DNA from: Lama glama
Lineage: Eukaryota
Direction of reading: 5' to 3'
DNA length: 60,000 bases
NCBI GenBank assembly: GCA_028534125.1
Contig: CM052818.1
Coordinates: 39,434,001-39,494,000, forward strand
Below are positions 24,620 through 37,870 of this stretch, in pieces (the stretch's first letter is position 1; each line of letters opens with the position of its first letter). A model generated the notes under the pieces. That model was not told the origin of the DNA and did not search any database. It saw only the letters and a program-made list of their open reading frames with translations. Made by a program: the position numbers and the translations under genes.

Positions 24620-24900
24620 GCAGGGTAGTTCTCAAGTGTGACCCTGACCATGCTGTGCCTCTGCCTCCACACCCTCCCACTGCTCCAAGAGGAAAATTTT
24701 GCCTTCGCAGTGCAACCTTGGTGACCCTACACATGTGTCCAGTGATGTCACGCTATGCAGTTTGCCCTTTGCTTTCTGTGCTCCAACCTATGGGACTCCT
24801 GGAAGTTTCCTGAACCTAGGTGCTATTCTTTTGCACACTGTTTGAACTCACAGTGTTTCCTCTGCCTGGAAACCCTCCCTTGCATTCACCTTCTGTGCAG
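24620..24900 (+). mobile_element. L2 fragment
   Basis: ctgaccatgctgtgcctctgcc..ctttgcacactg..tgtttcctctgcctggaaaccctccc. Confidence 0.55.
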
Positions 24901-26204
24901 CCGTTGCCCACCCCCGCCCCCGGCCACCTGCCCCTTTCCCCGAGGCTGGCCCGGGCCCAGCACTGTGGCCCCTTGCTCCCTGCAGTATAGTCACTGTGTC
25001 CCTAGTGCTCCCCTCCCCTGCCAGACGGTGGCCTCCAGGAGGTGACAGCTGTCTTCTGGCTGTGGCTTCATCCCTGCACCTGCCTCAGCGTCTTGCACAC
25101 GGAGATGCTCAGCTAGTGTTGGCTGACTCATTAAATGGAAAGACTGGGCTTCCTCAGCCATGTGTGTTCTGGCGAGTAGCTGAGATGGATGCAAAGCAGA
25201 GATGCTTCTGGATTCTTGGGGTCTCTTCTCCTGATGGCCTCGCTTTGCCAGGAAAGGAGGAGGGGTCATGCCTTTTGCTTGACAGCTCACTGTTTCCTTT
25301 TCTGGTTTTCTCCCCTTTCCCACTGTGACTCTTGCCCAGGAGACACAGTTGTGCCAGCCTGTGCCCTTGGATGCTGTTCTGAGCTGCAATTTCAAAGGCT
25401 GACTTCTGGGCTTATTTGACTCTTAATGCGGCACCTCTCCTCCCTGCTGCCCCACACCACCTGTCTACTCCCCCGATACCAGTCCCACCAGGCTCAACAA
25501 GTACCCCAGGCATCGTGGAATATTCCTAGGTCCCTGTTGGCCCATCCAGTAGTATGTGGATGGACCTTGGCTGCCTTTGGTTGGCTGTGCCCTCACTGAC
25601 AGTCAGAAGGTGGAAAAAGAAAATGACATTCTTCCCAGAGGTTGATGGAGAATGTGGGGGATGCAGGTTGCTGAGTGAGGGTCCCCCAGATTCAGCCCAG
25701 CTTCTGGGATGCAGTGTCCCCTGTGGTTGGCTGAGGTTTCTAAGCTGATTTTAGGGGCACGATGTGGTCGGAATGCCAGCACACTGCAGCCCTGGAGTGT
25801 AGGCTTTAGGCTCAGACAGTCCCGCATCTGTGTGCTGCTCCTGTCATCAGATGGTCCTGCCTGTGTGTGCTGCCTCTGCCACTCTGTGTGAACCTGAGCA
25901 AGGTCTGTAAGCTTGCTGAGTTCCAGCACCCTGCTCTGCATGCCGGGGATGACACCCCCACCTCCCGTGGTTTCCATGCATGCCATCGTGTGGGCTGCAG
26001 CTCTGGGCGCAGTGGCTGGCCCGGAGGAGGGGCTCAGTATACGGCAGTTGCTCTTAACATTCACAGGATGCCTAATGAACTCTTCCAGAAAAATCTGAGC
26101 CTATGTGTATGGTTTTTTTTTTTTTTCTGGCCAGTTGAGAATTCTGCCACTTTGCTCCTCTAAAGGCTTAAGTAGGCAGGACTAGTGAACCTCTTTCCAC
26201 AGTA

Positions 26205-26635
26205 AGGATCATAACAACTTCCAGTTATTGAACTCTGACTCTGTACCAGGTATTCTCCTAAAAGCTTCATCGACATCTTTCTAATCTTGGCTGCAAACTT
26301 CAAGGGAGATATTAACATTCCCATTCTCCAGACGTGGAAGCTGGCTCAGAGAAATTGGGTCAGTTTCCCAACCTACGTAGTCAGAGTGTTTTGAAGCCAG
26401 AAATGCAACCAAGGCTCTTCTTCTTTTTATAAAACACAGATATCTAAGACCGTGAGATGGGGGTGGGGGGGCTGCACGCTGATCATGGCTGGGGTGTAGA
26501 GCATCTCGGAGTCTGCAGAGTACCTTCCCGCTCCTCACGTTTCCTGTGAAGCCCCGCATCACCCTTGTGAAGCGGGCCGGGTGGGGCTGTTATTCCTGTT
26601 TCACAGATGAGGAAGCAAAGCTCAGAAGTAAGTGT
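26205..26635 (-). mobile_element. Two MIR fragments
   Basis: ttattgaactctgactctgtaccagg..cccattctccagacgtggaagctggctcagagaa and tcctgtttcacagatgaggaagcaaagctcagaag. Confidence 0.7.
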
Positions 26636-27256
26636 AGTTTCGAACATTTTGAAAGTAACGGGGCACCTCCTGGGTCACTGAAAATCAGACCTTTTCCAGG
26701 AACTAGTGATGGCTGGAGGTCAACCCTCTCATTGGCTGTGGGTGCCTTGGGGTTCCTTCTAGTCCACCTTCTTGTCCCCTTTCTTTTCATAGCACACTCA
26801 GTGGGAGAAATGTTTTTTGGACCTTGTCTTTCGGAATTCTGCATTTTTTCCTTATTCACACCAGACCCGGCATCTCTAGAACTTGGTTTTTCTTGGAAGG
26901 GCTGCCTGTGAGAATAGGCTTTTGTTTGGATTTCTTTCTCCCTGGAGGGGTAGGTGGGGGAGCTGGGAGCCAGCAGGTCAAGGGCTCCTCCCCCTCCCCT
27001 TCCGAGGCCTCTGGGCTTGTAGACAAGGCCCCAGGAGAAGAGCTGGTGCCTTCCCTGGGAGGGAAGGCAGGAGTCGGAGGGCTGCTTGCTTGAGGACTCT
27101 GGGCTCCTCCTGACCTGGAAGACTGATTCTGGAAGCTTCCTGTCCAGGCTACTTTGGGAAGGTAATACCATTCTGATGGGTTCCTTGAGACCCAAACATT
27201 TATGCACTGCCACAACACATCAGAGACCTAGGGTGGCAGGGGAGACCCCCTGCTTC

Positions 27257-27300
27257 TGTGTGTGTGTGTGTGTGTGTGTGTGTTATGTGTATGTGTGTGC
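27257..27300. repeat. (TG)n microsatellite
   Basis: Seen directly. Confidence 0.92.
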
Positions 27301-28440
27301 AAAGTGTGACCGACAAAGCCTAGAAATGGCTTCAGTCACTGGGAAGCTAAGTGCATGAGAAATAGCAAAGGAGTGCTTTTTCCATACATTCATTCTTGAG
27401 AGAGGAGCCACATCCTACTTACGGCCACATCCCCAGCCCATCGCCCAAATTCCGATACACAGGAGACATTTTATAAGTAGTCATTAAGTAAATGAATTCC
27501 TTCTTTTAAAAAAATTGAGATATAATTACATACTATAAAATACACAAAACTTAGGTGTACAGTGAGCTTTAGCATGTGTCTGTGCCCATGTAACCAACAC
27601 CCCCATCAAGACACAAAACATTTTCGTCACCTGAGCGAGTTTTCTGTGCGTCTTTCCTTTATGCCCTCCTGCCCCGCGGAAAACACCACAGTTCTGAATA
27701 TTGTCTTCATAGATTCCTCCTGCCTGTTCTTAGAATTCATAGAAAAATTGGGTCAAACAACCTAAACTTTTTTTCCTGGCTCCTTTAGCTGAGCGTAGTA
27801 TTTTTGAAATTCATTCATATTGCTGTGTGTATCCGTGGTCCACTTCTTTTTATGATTGTGTACTAGTCCATTCTATGACTCTACCTCAAATTTGTTTCTC
27901 TTTTTTCCTTTTGAAGGAAACAACCTTTGGGTTTGTTTTAAAAAGTCTTTATGAATAATTCTTCTGGGAGTATTCACATATAGTCATATATTTTGTGGAC
28001 ATATGTTTTCATTTTTTTTTGAGTGATTCCGTAGGAGTGAAATTGCTAGAAAATCAGGTAGGTGTATGTTTAACTTTATAAGAAATTGCCAAACAGTTTT
28101 CCAAAGAGGTTGTACCATTGTACACTTCCACCAGCAAAGTATGAGTGATCCAGGTGTTCTGCATCCTTTCCAAAATTTGGTATTGACAGTCTAGTTGATT
28201 TTAGACATTCTGCTAGGTGTGCAGTTGTAACTTACTGTAGTTTTAATTTGCATTTTCCTGATCACTTTTATGTGTTGAATATCCTTTATATGTTTATTGG
28301 TCATGTGGATTTCTTTTTTTTTTTAAGCATCTATGTCTTTTCTTATTTTTAGGTTGTCTTTTAAAAATTGATTTACAGGAATTTTAAAATGTAGTCTGGA
28401 TTCCAGTTCTTTGTTGGATATATGTATCGTGGATATTTTC

Positions 28441-28540
28441 NNNNNNNNNNNNNNNNNNNNNNNNNNNNNNNNNNNNNNNNNNNNNNNNNNNNNNNNNNNN
28501 NNNNNNNNNNNNNNNNNNNNNNNNNNNNNNNNNNNNNNNN
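28441..28540. other. Assembly gap (100 N, conventional unknown length)
   Basis: Run of n. Confidence 1.
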
Positions 28541-28607
<67 letters not shown>

Positions 28608-28608
28608 T
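28541..28608. repeat. (TTTC)n tetranucleotide microsatellite abutting the gap
   Basis: Seen directly; about 17 units. Confidence 0.98.
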
Positions 28609-29089
28609 CCTTCTTTGTTTTAGCTTTTACATTTAGGTTTGTAAAAGTGTCTTGACTTAATTTTGGTGTATGGTCTGAGGTGTTGGTCAAAGTTCACTTT
28701 GTGATGGAGGAGTCCCGCACATGAGCATTTGCTGGGACGCCTCTTCTGCTGTAGGAAGCTGGCTGGTCACCGGCCGCTTCACCAAGGACAGCTGTCTTTG
28801 GCAGCCTCTACAGGGATACAGTGATTTCTACCTTCGGGAGCATTTCCAGAGGCAATCATTAATTAATTAGTTGTTATCCTATGGTCACAGCTGGCTCCAA
28901 TGGCAACTTGAAGGACTTTACACAAGAGAGAGTCTCTCCTGTGGGTCGAGGAAGGCTCTTTGGAGGAGGTCGTTGAGATGGGCTTTGAAGAATGGAGAGG
29001 ATTTTGGTGTGATAAATATAGAAAATGAACTCCAATAAAATCAGTAGTACTGTCCTCAGCTATGAGAAGTGTACTTAGTGGGGTACAGA

Positions 29090-29315
29090 TGCACACCCAC
29101 ATGTACACACACACATACGTGTGTCTGTGTGTATATATGTCCGTACACACATATCTATATCTGTACCTATATCTACATCTAAATCTAATCTATATCTAAA
29201 TAAGAATCTGTATCTAAATCTATCTTTATTTCTAAAGCAAAATCTTTATTTCTCTATCTGACTCTGTATCTATGTTGAAGTCTCTGTCTCTATCTCTAAT
29301 CTACATATCTGTCTC
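29090..29315. repeat. Degenerate (CA/TA) and (ATCT/ATCTAT)-like low-complexity tract
   Basis: atctatatctgtacctatatctacatctaaatctaatctatatctaa.. seen directly. Confidence 0.8.
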
Positions 29316-29489
29316 TGCAATCTCTGGACTTGGGAGTAACTAACAGATTCAAGCTTTCGCCAAGCTTGATAGTATAATTCGGGCACTTCAGTGGGCCGGG
29401 CATGGACAGTTCTTCCAACCTGCTGGCAGATTTGTCAACACCCTTCTTATCTAAGCTTATAGATCAGCACTGAGCAGTCAGCCAGGCCA

Positions 29490-29610
29490 AGCCTACCCAT
29501 TATACAGATGTGGGCACCAGGCCCGTAAAGGGGAGGAGACTCGTCACATGTCCCCAGAACACTGGCAGAGCCAGGAGCACAACTCACTTGGCCTGGTTCT
29601 GGACCTGCGC
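29490..29610 (-). mobile_element. MIR fragment
   Basis: cccattatacagatgtgggcaccaggccc.. Confidence 0.55.
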
Positions 29611-32600
29611 CCTCTCCGTTTGCCGCCTCCCATCCTCTCAGCCCCAGCCCTTCTTCCCTCTGCGTGCCAGGGCTCTTGCAGTGCTCCTCGATGCTGCTGC
29701 CATTTGTGCGGCCTCTGTGGGGTCAGGGTCATGAGGCATCAACTCTTGCTAATCTCCCTCTGTTGACTTAAAATCGTTAAGCCGTCAGAGCCTCTTTCTT
29801 CCCTCCCTCTAATAACTCATGAGCTGTTTGAGGACAGGAGCTGTGTTTTAGTGGCCTTGGCATCCCTGTAGTTCACGAACCGACAGCCCAAACCGTACTC
29901 CTCATGCCGCAGGGCCCCCGAGTTGCTGAAATCCTGCGTCAGTAAGGACATGCTCAGGGCGACGCATTATTCTAAGTCCAGCCAACAGCTCCGCTAAATA
30001 CATTTCTCAGTTTAATTAACTTCGGCTTTTCTAGTGGCTTTGATGCTTCCTGTGTTCTTGTTTTCCTTTTAAGAACCCATTCAGCTCCCACACCCTGGGA
30101 TCCATGCTTTGTTCCTGATGCACATGCTGTACAACCTTGTTTGAGGCCCAGCTTTGGTCTGGTCCTGCTAGAACGTCGAGGGGTCCCTCCTACAATGTAG
30201 ACCCTGCTAGCAATTAGGAGAGGGAAGCTGGTTTGTCCAAGAAGAGCACGTATGTCCTACTAGCAGGGCAGTTGGTATTCAGGTGTCAGTCGACTCTGAC
30301 GGGGCCGAGAAGGGGGAGCTCAGGTCTAGGAGAGGCAGGGGACAGCGTTTGCAGGCTTGAGCTCTTGGATCAACTCAAGGCTCGAGTCCTCTGGGTTCTC
30401 TTTTGGGTTTTTGTGGACACATCCTGGAGCCCCTAATGCTGGAGTGTCCCCAGGGAGGCCCAAGTGTGACTCTATCACTTTATCATTGGCAGCAAGTGCT
30501 CCTGAATCTGCTGGCACCATAGCTGTGAAATTCCCACAAGTCAGCGTGCCCTGGAGAAAAAGGACCCATCTGAGCACGCTGTCCTTCTTGGAGCCTGCGT
30601 GTCCCTTGAAATTAGATTCCCTTTGTTTATTTTCTCATAGCCTTAGTGATGGGCTCCTGCTGACTTAGAGAGAAGCTATGTATCCTGTGGAGGAGGCAGA
30701 GAATAGCTGTTTTCTTAATCCAAATTTGGGGAAGTCTCCGTGGCCCCTAGGCTCTCCTGAGGGCCTGGGCAGAGTTCAGCTCCTGTCCATCGCCGGAGGC
30801 TACTTTCCACTGGGGAGGACTCAGGACAGGAGGGTGAGCCCTGAGGTGGCGGCAAGGTAACTGGGGCCTGGGCCTGAGAACAGCTTGGTTAAACGACCTG
30901 CCTTCAGGAAGCCAGTTGGAATCACCCACGGGGTGGGTCCACGCGTTGATGTTCAGTGTGGGCTCTGTTGGTGTGTTCTGCAGAGTGTCCTCTCTCTCTC
31001 AGCCTTTTTTATCATTCAACCCTCACTCATGAAGATCTGAGCTGGTCACCTTTTCTAGAAAGTTCTCCCTGGCTCCCTCTGCCCAGTATAATTCAATTCT
31101 TCAGTCATATCTTATTATATATCAACCCTCTGGCCTCTCCCGACTTTGGCCTCCAGCAATATCTTCCATTTGTATTCTCCAGCTAACCTTTCACTCTTCC
31201 CTGTTGAGGGAGTGTTCTTCAGTGAGAGTGGGGTTTGAGAGGGCAGAGACCATGCCTCGTTCAGCCCTGATGGTCCCAGGCACTTAGCACCTCCGAAGAG
31301 CTTATGGACGGTTCAAGGGCCACCCCCACCATGAAAGCTTCTGTCGCTTCCGGGTCAGACTCATCACCCTGCCCTTTGTGTCTGCAGCATCCTCTGCATA
31401 GATGTCTCTCTGGCACTCATACACCAGGACAGTTGTCTGTTTACAGGTTTCTCTCCTTTTAATAACTTAGGAGTCGTTTGAGGACAGAGGCTACATTTCA
31501 AATCGTCTTAGCATCCCTATATTTGATGAAGTGACAGATCAAACCATATTCCACAGGCATGGGAACCGCCAGGCTGCTGAAGTTCCACTTGGTAGAGGAA
31601 CTCTCAGGCTGACACATCGTTTTGAGCCCAGCCAGTTGTGCCACCACACTCCACTGGCTGGAACAGTGGGTAGAGCAGAATTTGCTCTCCTGTTGATTAG
31701 GGTCTGGCCGAGCTCAGCTCCTTTGGGGAAGCACCAGTGAGCTGTTCCAGGTGGAGCAGAAACCAGTGTAGCCCACAGAGTTGCCTCATTAGCCTTCCAT
31801 GTCCCACCTTGCTGCCTGGGTTGTTGAGAGCAGTAAAGGAGGAGACGAGTGACAGGTGCCCATCCTGGAACGTGACGCACAGTAGAGGCTCAATGAAAGC
31901 TGGTTCCCTTTGTCTCCATCTCGAGGGACACAGAGGAGAACATACAGCCATTGGCCCCTGTGGGTTATGATTTTGAATTGAGGCAAGCAGTGAACTGTCG
32001 TCTAGCTCAGAAAATCGATCTCGTCACAGGGTTTGGTGGGGTCTGGATTTTGCAAATTTTCTTTCCTTTGTCAATCTCCATCCTCCCTCCATTGGTCCTA
32101 GGAGGTCCCACTTAAGCCCTGGATATGTGTAGTCTGGGTGAGTCTTGCCTCTCAATCTGGGCTGTGAACTCCTGAAGGCCAAGAGCCTGGACAATTTCCT
32201 GGGCCCCAGGCACCAAGCCGGGCTCAGAATAGTATCTTTAACACTTTTGGAGTGAAGATCCCTGAGGCTAATCTAGTGGGTTATCTGGTGTCCCCTAAGT
32301 ATTTTTTCCCGAGTTTCCATCAGTCCAGAGCTCCTGACAGCCCAGAGCTCCAGACAGCCCAGATGGGAGAGTGAGGTGATAGAGGTGGGTGGGGGGCGGG
32401 AGTGTGTAGGGATGAAGGCCGCATTGCTGTGCCTCCCCAGGGCAGCGGCACCCCAGGGCAGCCCGAGGAGCATTCTGGTTGGCTCCTGCATACAGAACAG
32501 GGGCCTGGAGGGCCTCGCCCACGTGGCTGACGAGGAGCTCCCTGCCCCACTGACTGCTGGCCAGCTCAGGCTGTTCCCCAGGTCCCTGGCAGAGCTGAGC

Positions 32601-32618
32601 TTGTTCTGGGCTTTCCAG

Positions 32619-32676
32619 AATGTGCTTCCCATCAGCCTTCCGGCAGCTCACGCGAACGTTTGAAGTGGGGAGCGAG
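32619..32676 (+). other. Candidate 58-nt exon (unassigned)
   Basis: cttgttctgggctttccag|AATGTG...GAG|gtaagt gives a canonical acceptor and a consensus donor; no product recognised. Confidence 0.3.
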
Positions 32677-35600
32677 GTAAGTTGATACCCGCTGTAGCTC
32701 AGGGCCTACCCGGCCTAGCAGCCCAGCCCTGATTACACAGGCCTGCTCTGTGACCGGCTGGACGGCTGACACGCAGGGGGACTGGGGCAGCTTATGATTC
32801 CCAGGAGGGGAGAGCTCAGGTCCAGGGCCCGGCCCTGATGGACGGTTGTTATTGCAACGTGTGTGCACTCGAATGACATCATGCTATGGAGTGCATGAAT
32901 TTTTTTTGTCAGTCTTTTAACGCAAGTTTATGTTTTTCAGACCTTAAAGCTGCAGGTCATTTTTTACATTTGCTATTGAGAGCAGATGTGACTGATCCCT
33001 ATCAGGTTCTACTGAAAAACGGTGGGGTTGCGGAAGGTCAAATGCCGAATGCCTCTCAATCTCCATTATTATTTCCTCCACTCAGTGGCCTCAGCAGGAA
33101 GCCCATGCTGGTAATGGTGGCCTTCCGAAAATTCTCAGCCTCCTAGCCCCAACCTCTGACCATTGGTGATCCCCGTGCTGTGAACCAGGTCTGGCCTCAG
33201 CCACCAGCCAGCAGCAGAGAGCCTGGGCTGGAAGGCAGGGGACTTGGTACTTTCCGGGTCTCCGTTTCCCTGTCTGTACAATGGGAGCACAGATAGGGAG
33301 ATACAAATATTGTGAGGGCATCATGACACTGCTGGTCTTTAGTTTTGTGACTCCTGGAATTGGAGAGGCTCAGACGACGAATTTTGTCTTTGGCATTACT
33401 AGCATCAATCCAATGGTTTGGGGAAGTTCAGGGAGATTCAGGTTGAGCCGGCAGGCGGGATAGCTTTGCCGTCCCCCAGAAGAGAATGGTGAGGGTTGTT
33501 GTCTTCTAGGTTCACATCCCTCGTTGGGGTCATAGGCCCCCTCTTGAGGGCAGTTCTGTTTCACAGGCCGCTTTTATGAGAAAATTTCCATCCCAGAGCT
33601 GGGGAAAATACACTGCCTCCAAAATAAAATTATCTTATTCTTAGAAGTGCTGGGGGCAAGGGTGGGCTCGGTTAGGGCAGGCCCAGTTAAAGACCCCTGT
33701 TTGGTGCCCACAGTTGAGGAGAGCACTGGCCTCCTTGAGAAACTGAGTTCAGGATCCTGATGCAAAGGAGGTGGGAGAGGTTCCAAGTCTCAGAAGATGG
33801 TCCCTGAGGAGACTGCAGCCCCCAGAGGGACCGCATTTGCTTCTAAGAGCACAGCCAGGCCTGTGCCGGGTTGGTGTGACAGAGGCCACACTAGCTGTTC
33901 GCCTCCTGGAGTTGCTGTCACGGCAAAGTACGGAGGCAGCTGTGGCCGCCTGAGGAAGGCCTTTTGATTCAGGCAGGATGTATGGCAATGAATGAGCCCT
34001 AGAGAGATTAAATTTGTGACCATCAGCGTTGTGATGCCGCCGTGGGGATTAATTCAGGCTTTCATGCATCTGCCTGTAGATCGGTTGATGGATTCATCTG
34101 CCCATTCATCCATCCACCTGTCCACTCACCTGCTCACCCACCTACCTACCCACGCATCCATTTATTCAGCGAGTGCTTATAGAGCATCTTCTTGTGTCTT
34201 CCTCTCATCAGAGTTTTAAAGGTGGACAAGATGGTCTCTCCCCTTGAGCTCAGAGTGGGCCAACTAAAGAAGGCAGCTGGGGCTGTGGGAATGGAGTAAA
34301 GCTCCATGTGTAACTCCCAGGGGAAAGTGTTGGGGCTGCCTGAGGTGTGGAGCAAGAGAAAGAGCGGGGAAAGGAGTGGGGTTGAAAGGAGGCACTTGAG
34401 AGACAGTGCCAGCAGGAGGCTGCTGGGTTCAAGGCAACTATTGATTTTTCCCTGCCTTCCTTCCAGCAGCACCTGCAACCGCAGTATAAGAGGTGGGGCC
34501 ATCGTTGTGTTGGGTCCCACTGAAAGGGGCAGACTCAGGTTTGGGGGGGTGTGTGTGTGTGCATGTGCATAGCAGGTGGAAAGGCTTGGGGTCTCACGGC
34601 AGCACTTTAGAATTTAGGCATTTGGGAAAAAGGAGATTCTGTATGACTTGGCTCACTGACTGTCTTTTTTTTTCAAAGTATATACTCTTTTGAAGGAAAT
34701 TATTCTTCCCTTTGACTTGGAAACATCCTTTTGTCCACAGTGTAGGTTCTTGGGAACTTGGTGCACAGTGGCTACTTAAAAGGACTTGCTGACGGGGTGA
34801 GGCCAGTTATGTTGTCTAAGCTGCTGGAATCTCAGCTCGGAGGGAGGAACTGAGTGCCTCGAACTGGCCAAGCTTTGTCAGCAGGGGCAGGGACAGCAGA
34901 GGGTTCGTCTTTTCTCTGACCCCTCAGGCTCCATCTCTGACTGGGACAGTTAGAGCCAGCTCACGGCCAAGGCCGGAGCTCCCTGTCCTCCTTCCAGCTC
35001 AGGCCAAGGAATACAACCCTTCTAGCTCTTTCTATCAACACCTCAATGGTGGCAATTCCGCAACTCAGATGCCGCGGCTGGGAAACAATCTCTGTCCTGT
35101 CTTTTTTTCCCCTGCCTCACAGGGACGTTGCGGGGACCAGATGAACTCTGGGCACGTGCTCTGAGAAGCTGTGAGCCTGGAGTGTGGCATGGAAGTAACA
35201 TAGAGTTAAATGTTTTGGCAGGAAACAGGCTCCTCGTTTTCCTTGGGAACCTTTCTCAGGCACCTCAGGTTGGCCTTCCTTTAAAGAGGAGGCGGCAGCT
35301 TTTAGCACAGGGCCCCGAGCAGAGGAAGGCCAAAGGGGGTCCCTCCTGAGGACTCAGGGGAAATTTGGCAAGAAGTATTAATAAAGGCGTCTTTTCCCCC
35401 CGCTTTCTTTCTTCAATGTAAAATGCCAGGTTACGGTTGGCTAAAACAGTGTAGCATCAGAGCCAGTTAATCTTCTGAGTCCATAATTTTTATGGGCACT
35501 GCGGGAGCTGTCCTGGCTTTTTGTTTCCAGCAGTGGGATGTCAGGATTTGTATCGTACGGTATATCCAAAGAATACTTCTCCTTTCCTTTGATGTGCCTT

Positions 35601-35999
35601 GGACATCTTGAGGCACTTAGGGGTGCATTCTCAGGGAAGGTTGGAGGACAGGGTTGCGGGGCCCTCATTATGTTATTAAAATAGATCCAGTGAAGAGAGA
35701 CTGTGAATTTCTCAGCAGAAAACCGCATTGCTAAGTGGAAGGCTGGTTCAGAAGTCACTCCTTGCCCTGATTTCTTGAACCAAGAACTGCATTTTATTGC
35801 AGTCGAGGCAGAAGTAAGATGTTGTGTTGCTCTTGTGATAGTTTCAGTTGTAGGTTAACGTGGATTGTTTTTCCTGATGTTTGGAACATCCTGTCGTTTA
35901 GATTAAACAAAACACCGAACCATTAAAAATGTTGTCTGTTTATAATTTTGAAATATCTTTAACAAATCTGCTGTTGCTTGGGGCTGATTGTAACCATCT

Positions 36000-36830
36000 C
36001 CTTAAGTAACATGTCTCCCTTAGTCTTTGCTCACCAGCGCAGCCAGCACAGCCCAGCCAAGGTGATTTTCCTGAGGGGCTACTTCCATCACGTGGTTCTG
36101 CTCAAAAGGCTTCAATGGCTCCCCAACTGCATCCAAAAGACAAGTAGCCAAATCAGGCAGACCCTCCTTATCAGCCCCCTGGAGCGCTTCCAACCTCATC
36201 TACTAGGTGGGGAGCCTCCTGCAACCCCGGGGACCCCCTCCCACTCTGGGTGCTTTTCAGCCCCCTCATCTCCGTTAACGCTGTTACATTTCCTCCCATT
36301 TCTCCTCCACCATCCCTCACCTCCACCTATTACCATCCAGCTTACGCCCTTGTCCAGAACAAGTCTCACCCCTTTTGAAAAGCCTTTTCTGCTCGTCTCA
36401 GCCCCGTGTGTCTCCCTTCCCCATTCCTGGTTTTACACAGACATTACAAAGAGGCCACCAGGGTATTAGGAAGAGTCATGCAGCCCTGGATTTGAAGCTT
36501 GCTGTGTGACCTCAGGTGACTTTCTTAACTTCTCTGATTCTCAGTTTCCTCATCTGTACAATGGGGACACAAACACCTACCTCATGTGTATGGGTTCATG
36601 AGATAATTTAAATAAGAACTATTAGCACAGCATCTGGCCCGTGGCAGGTGGACTCAGAATGTTCCTTTCCCACCTTATGGCACTTACAACATTCAAATAA
36701 TTATACTTACCTGGGGCCCTCTGCTCATAGGCTTCCAGCTCTTGGAGGGGGGGGGACTCAACTAATATTTCCCACAGTGCCTTGCACAGGACACCTCAAG
36801 AGACACTGAGCTTAAGTTTTTGAGCCGATG
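36000..36830 (+). mobile_element. L2 with a nested MIR (~36460-36670)
   Basis: cacagcccagccaaggtgattttcct..ttcaatggctcccca (L2); gctgtgtgacctcaggtgactttcttaacttctctgattctcagtttcctcatctgtacaatgggga (MIR). Confidence 0.8.
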
Positions 36831-37639
36831 ACTGATTTTATGGAAGGAAGGCTGACGGGCTTCCAAGCGAAGTGCCCAGGAGCCTGTCACATTGCAGCGA
36901 GGCCCCTGGGGCCGAGCCAGCGCCACTCAGGCCTGGCGTCAATAGAGCTGATTGGAATATCTCTCCTCTCCTTCCTGGATGGCAGTCAGGCCCCTTGGAG
37001 TCCCTGTAGGGAAGAAGTTGGCTCCAAAGCATGGCCTGGCTCTTTTAATCAGGAAAAAACATGTTAATAGTGTGCCTCGCTGACACCCTCTTAACTAGCT
37101 GATCTATGAGTCTTGCCCATGGCCCTCGGAAAAGCCCTGTGAGAACACCAGGCTTGTATGAGGGGCTTCAACGCTTTGCAGAGGGGCCGCAGGAAGAGCA
37201 TTTACGAGATGGAGGAAATGGAATCAATGGTGAGGAGAGTCCAGCATTGTTTTGGCACCAGGGCTGGTGGCTGGGCTGGGGCTCTGGAGGCAGATGATGA
37301 GGAAAAGGGCTGGGGGCTGGGGTGGCTCAGTGGAGAAGCTGTGGGACTGACCTGCACCTGGTCTGCACAACCTCATCCCAACAACCTCAGCGGTCCCTCA
37401 GCAGGTGTCACACCTGTAAGGTCCTGTTCAAATCCCACCCCCTGCCTCCTGAAGCCATCCCAGATCCTTCATGCAGAGGAGTCCGCCCCTGCCCCCTGCC
37501 TGCCTGTCTGCTGTCCTCTCTGAGCTTTGCCTTCTGCCCATGTGCTGCCTGCACTTGCCTGTCACCCTCACGAGATGCCAGGATTCAGAGACAGACGCCT
37601 GGTCTAACGCATTTCTGCCTCTGTCACCCTCCCGCCTAA

Positions 37640-37870
37640 CAACATCGATGGAGAACTTACTGTGTTCCAAGTACTGTACTAAGTACTTGGCATGGGTTTT
37701 CTCATTCAGTCTTCACAGGAAATGCAGGAGGTGGGTAGTATTTTCAGCCCTATTTCAGAGGTGAGACATCTGAGGCTCCACAGGTTGAGCGATTTGCCTC
37801 GTGTTATATGATCTTGTATGAAAAGGAGCTGGGGTCTGAAGCTAGTCTGGCTCTGGGATTTGCACTCCCG
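37640..37870 (-). mobile_element. MIR
   Basis: acttactgtgttccaagtactgtactaagtactt..tcattcagtcttcacag..tgaggctccacaggttgagcgatttgcc. Confidence 0.75.

Larger units (their letters stand above)
27505..28700 (-). mobile_element. L1 3' portion (old L1MC/ME-like) spanning the gap
   Basis: aattgagatataattacatac..ctttataagaaattgccaaacagttttccaaagaggttgtaccattgtacacttccaccagcaa..ttttaatttgcattttcctgat. Confidence 0.88.

Noticed and set aside
28373..28690. KKER/FLSF repeat ORFs
   Set aside because: Artefacts of (TTTC)n and the N gap.
36700..36715. Consensus splice donors here (minus strand) and at ~44014 and ~26628 (plus strand)
   Set aside because: They lie within L2 or MIR remnants and lack a paired acceptor.
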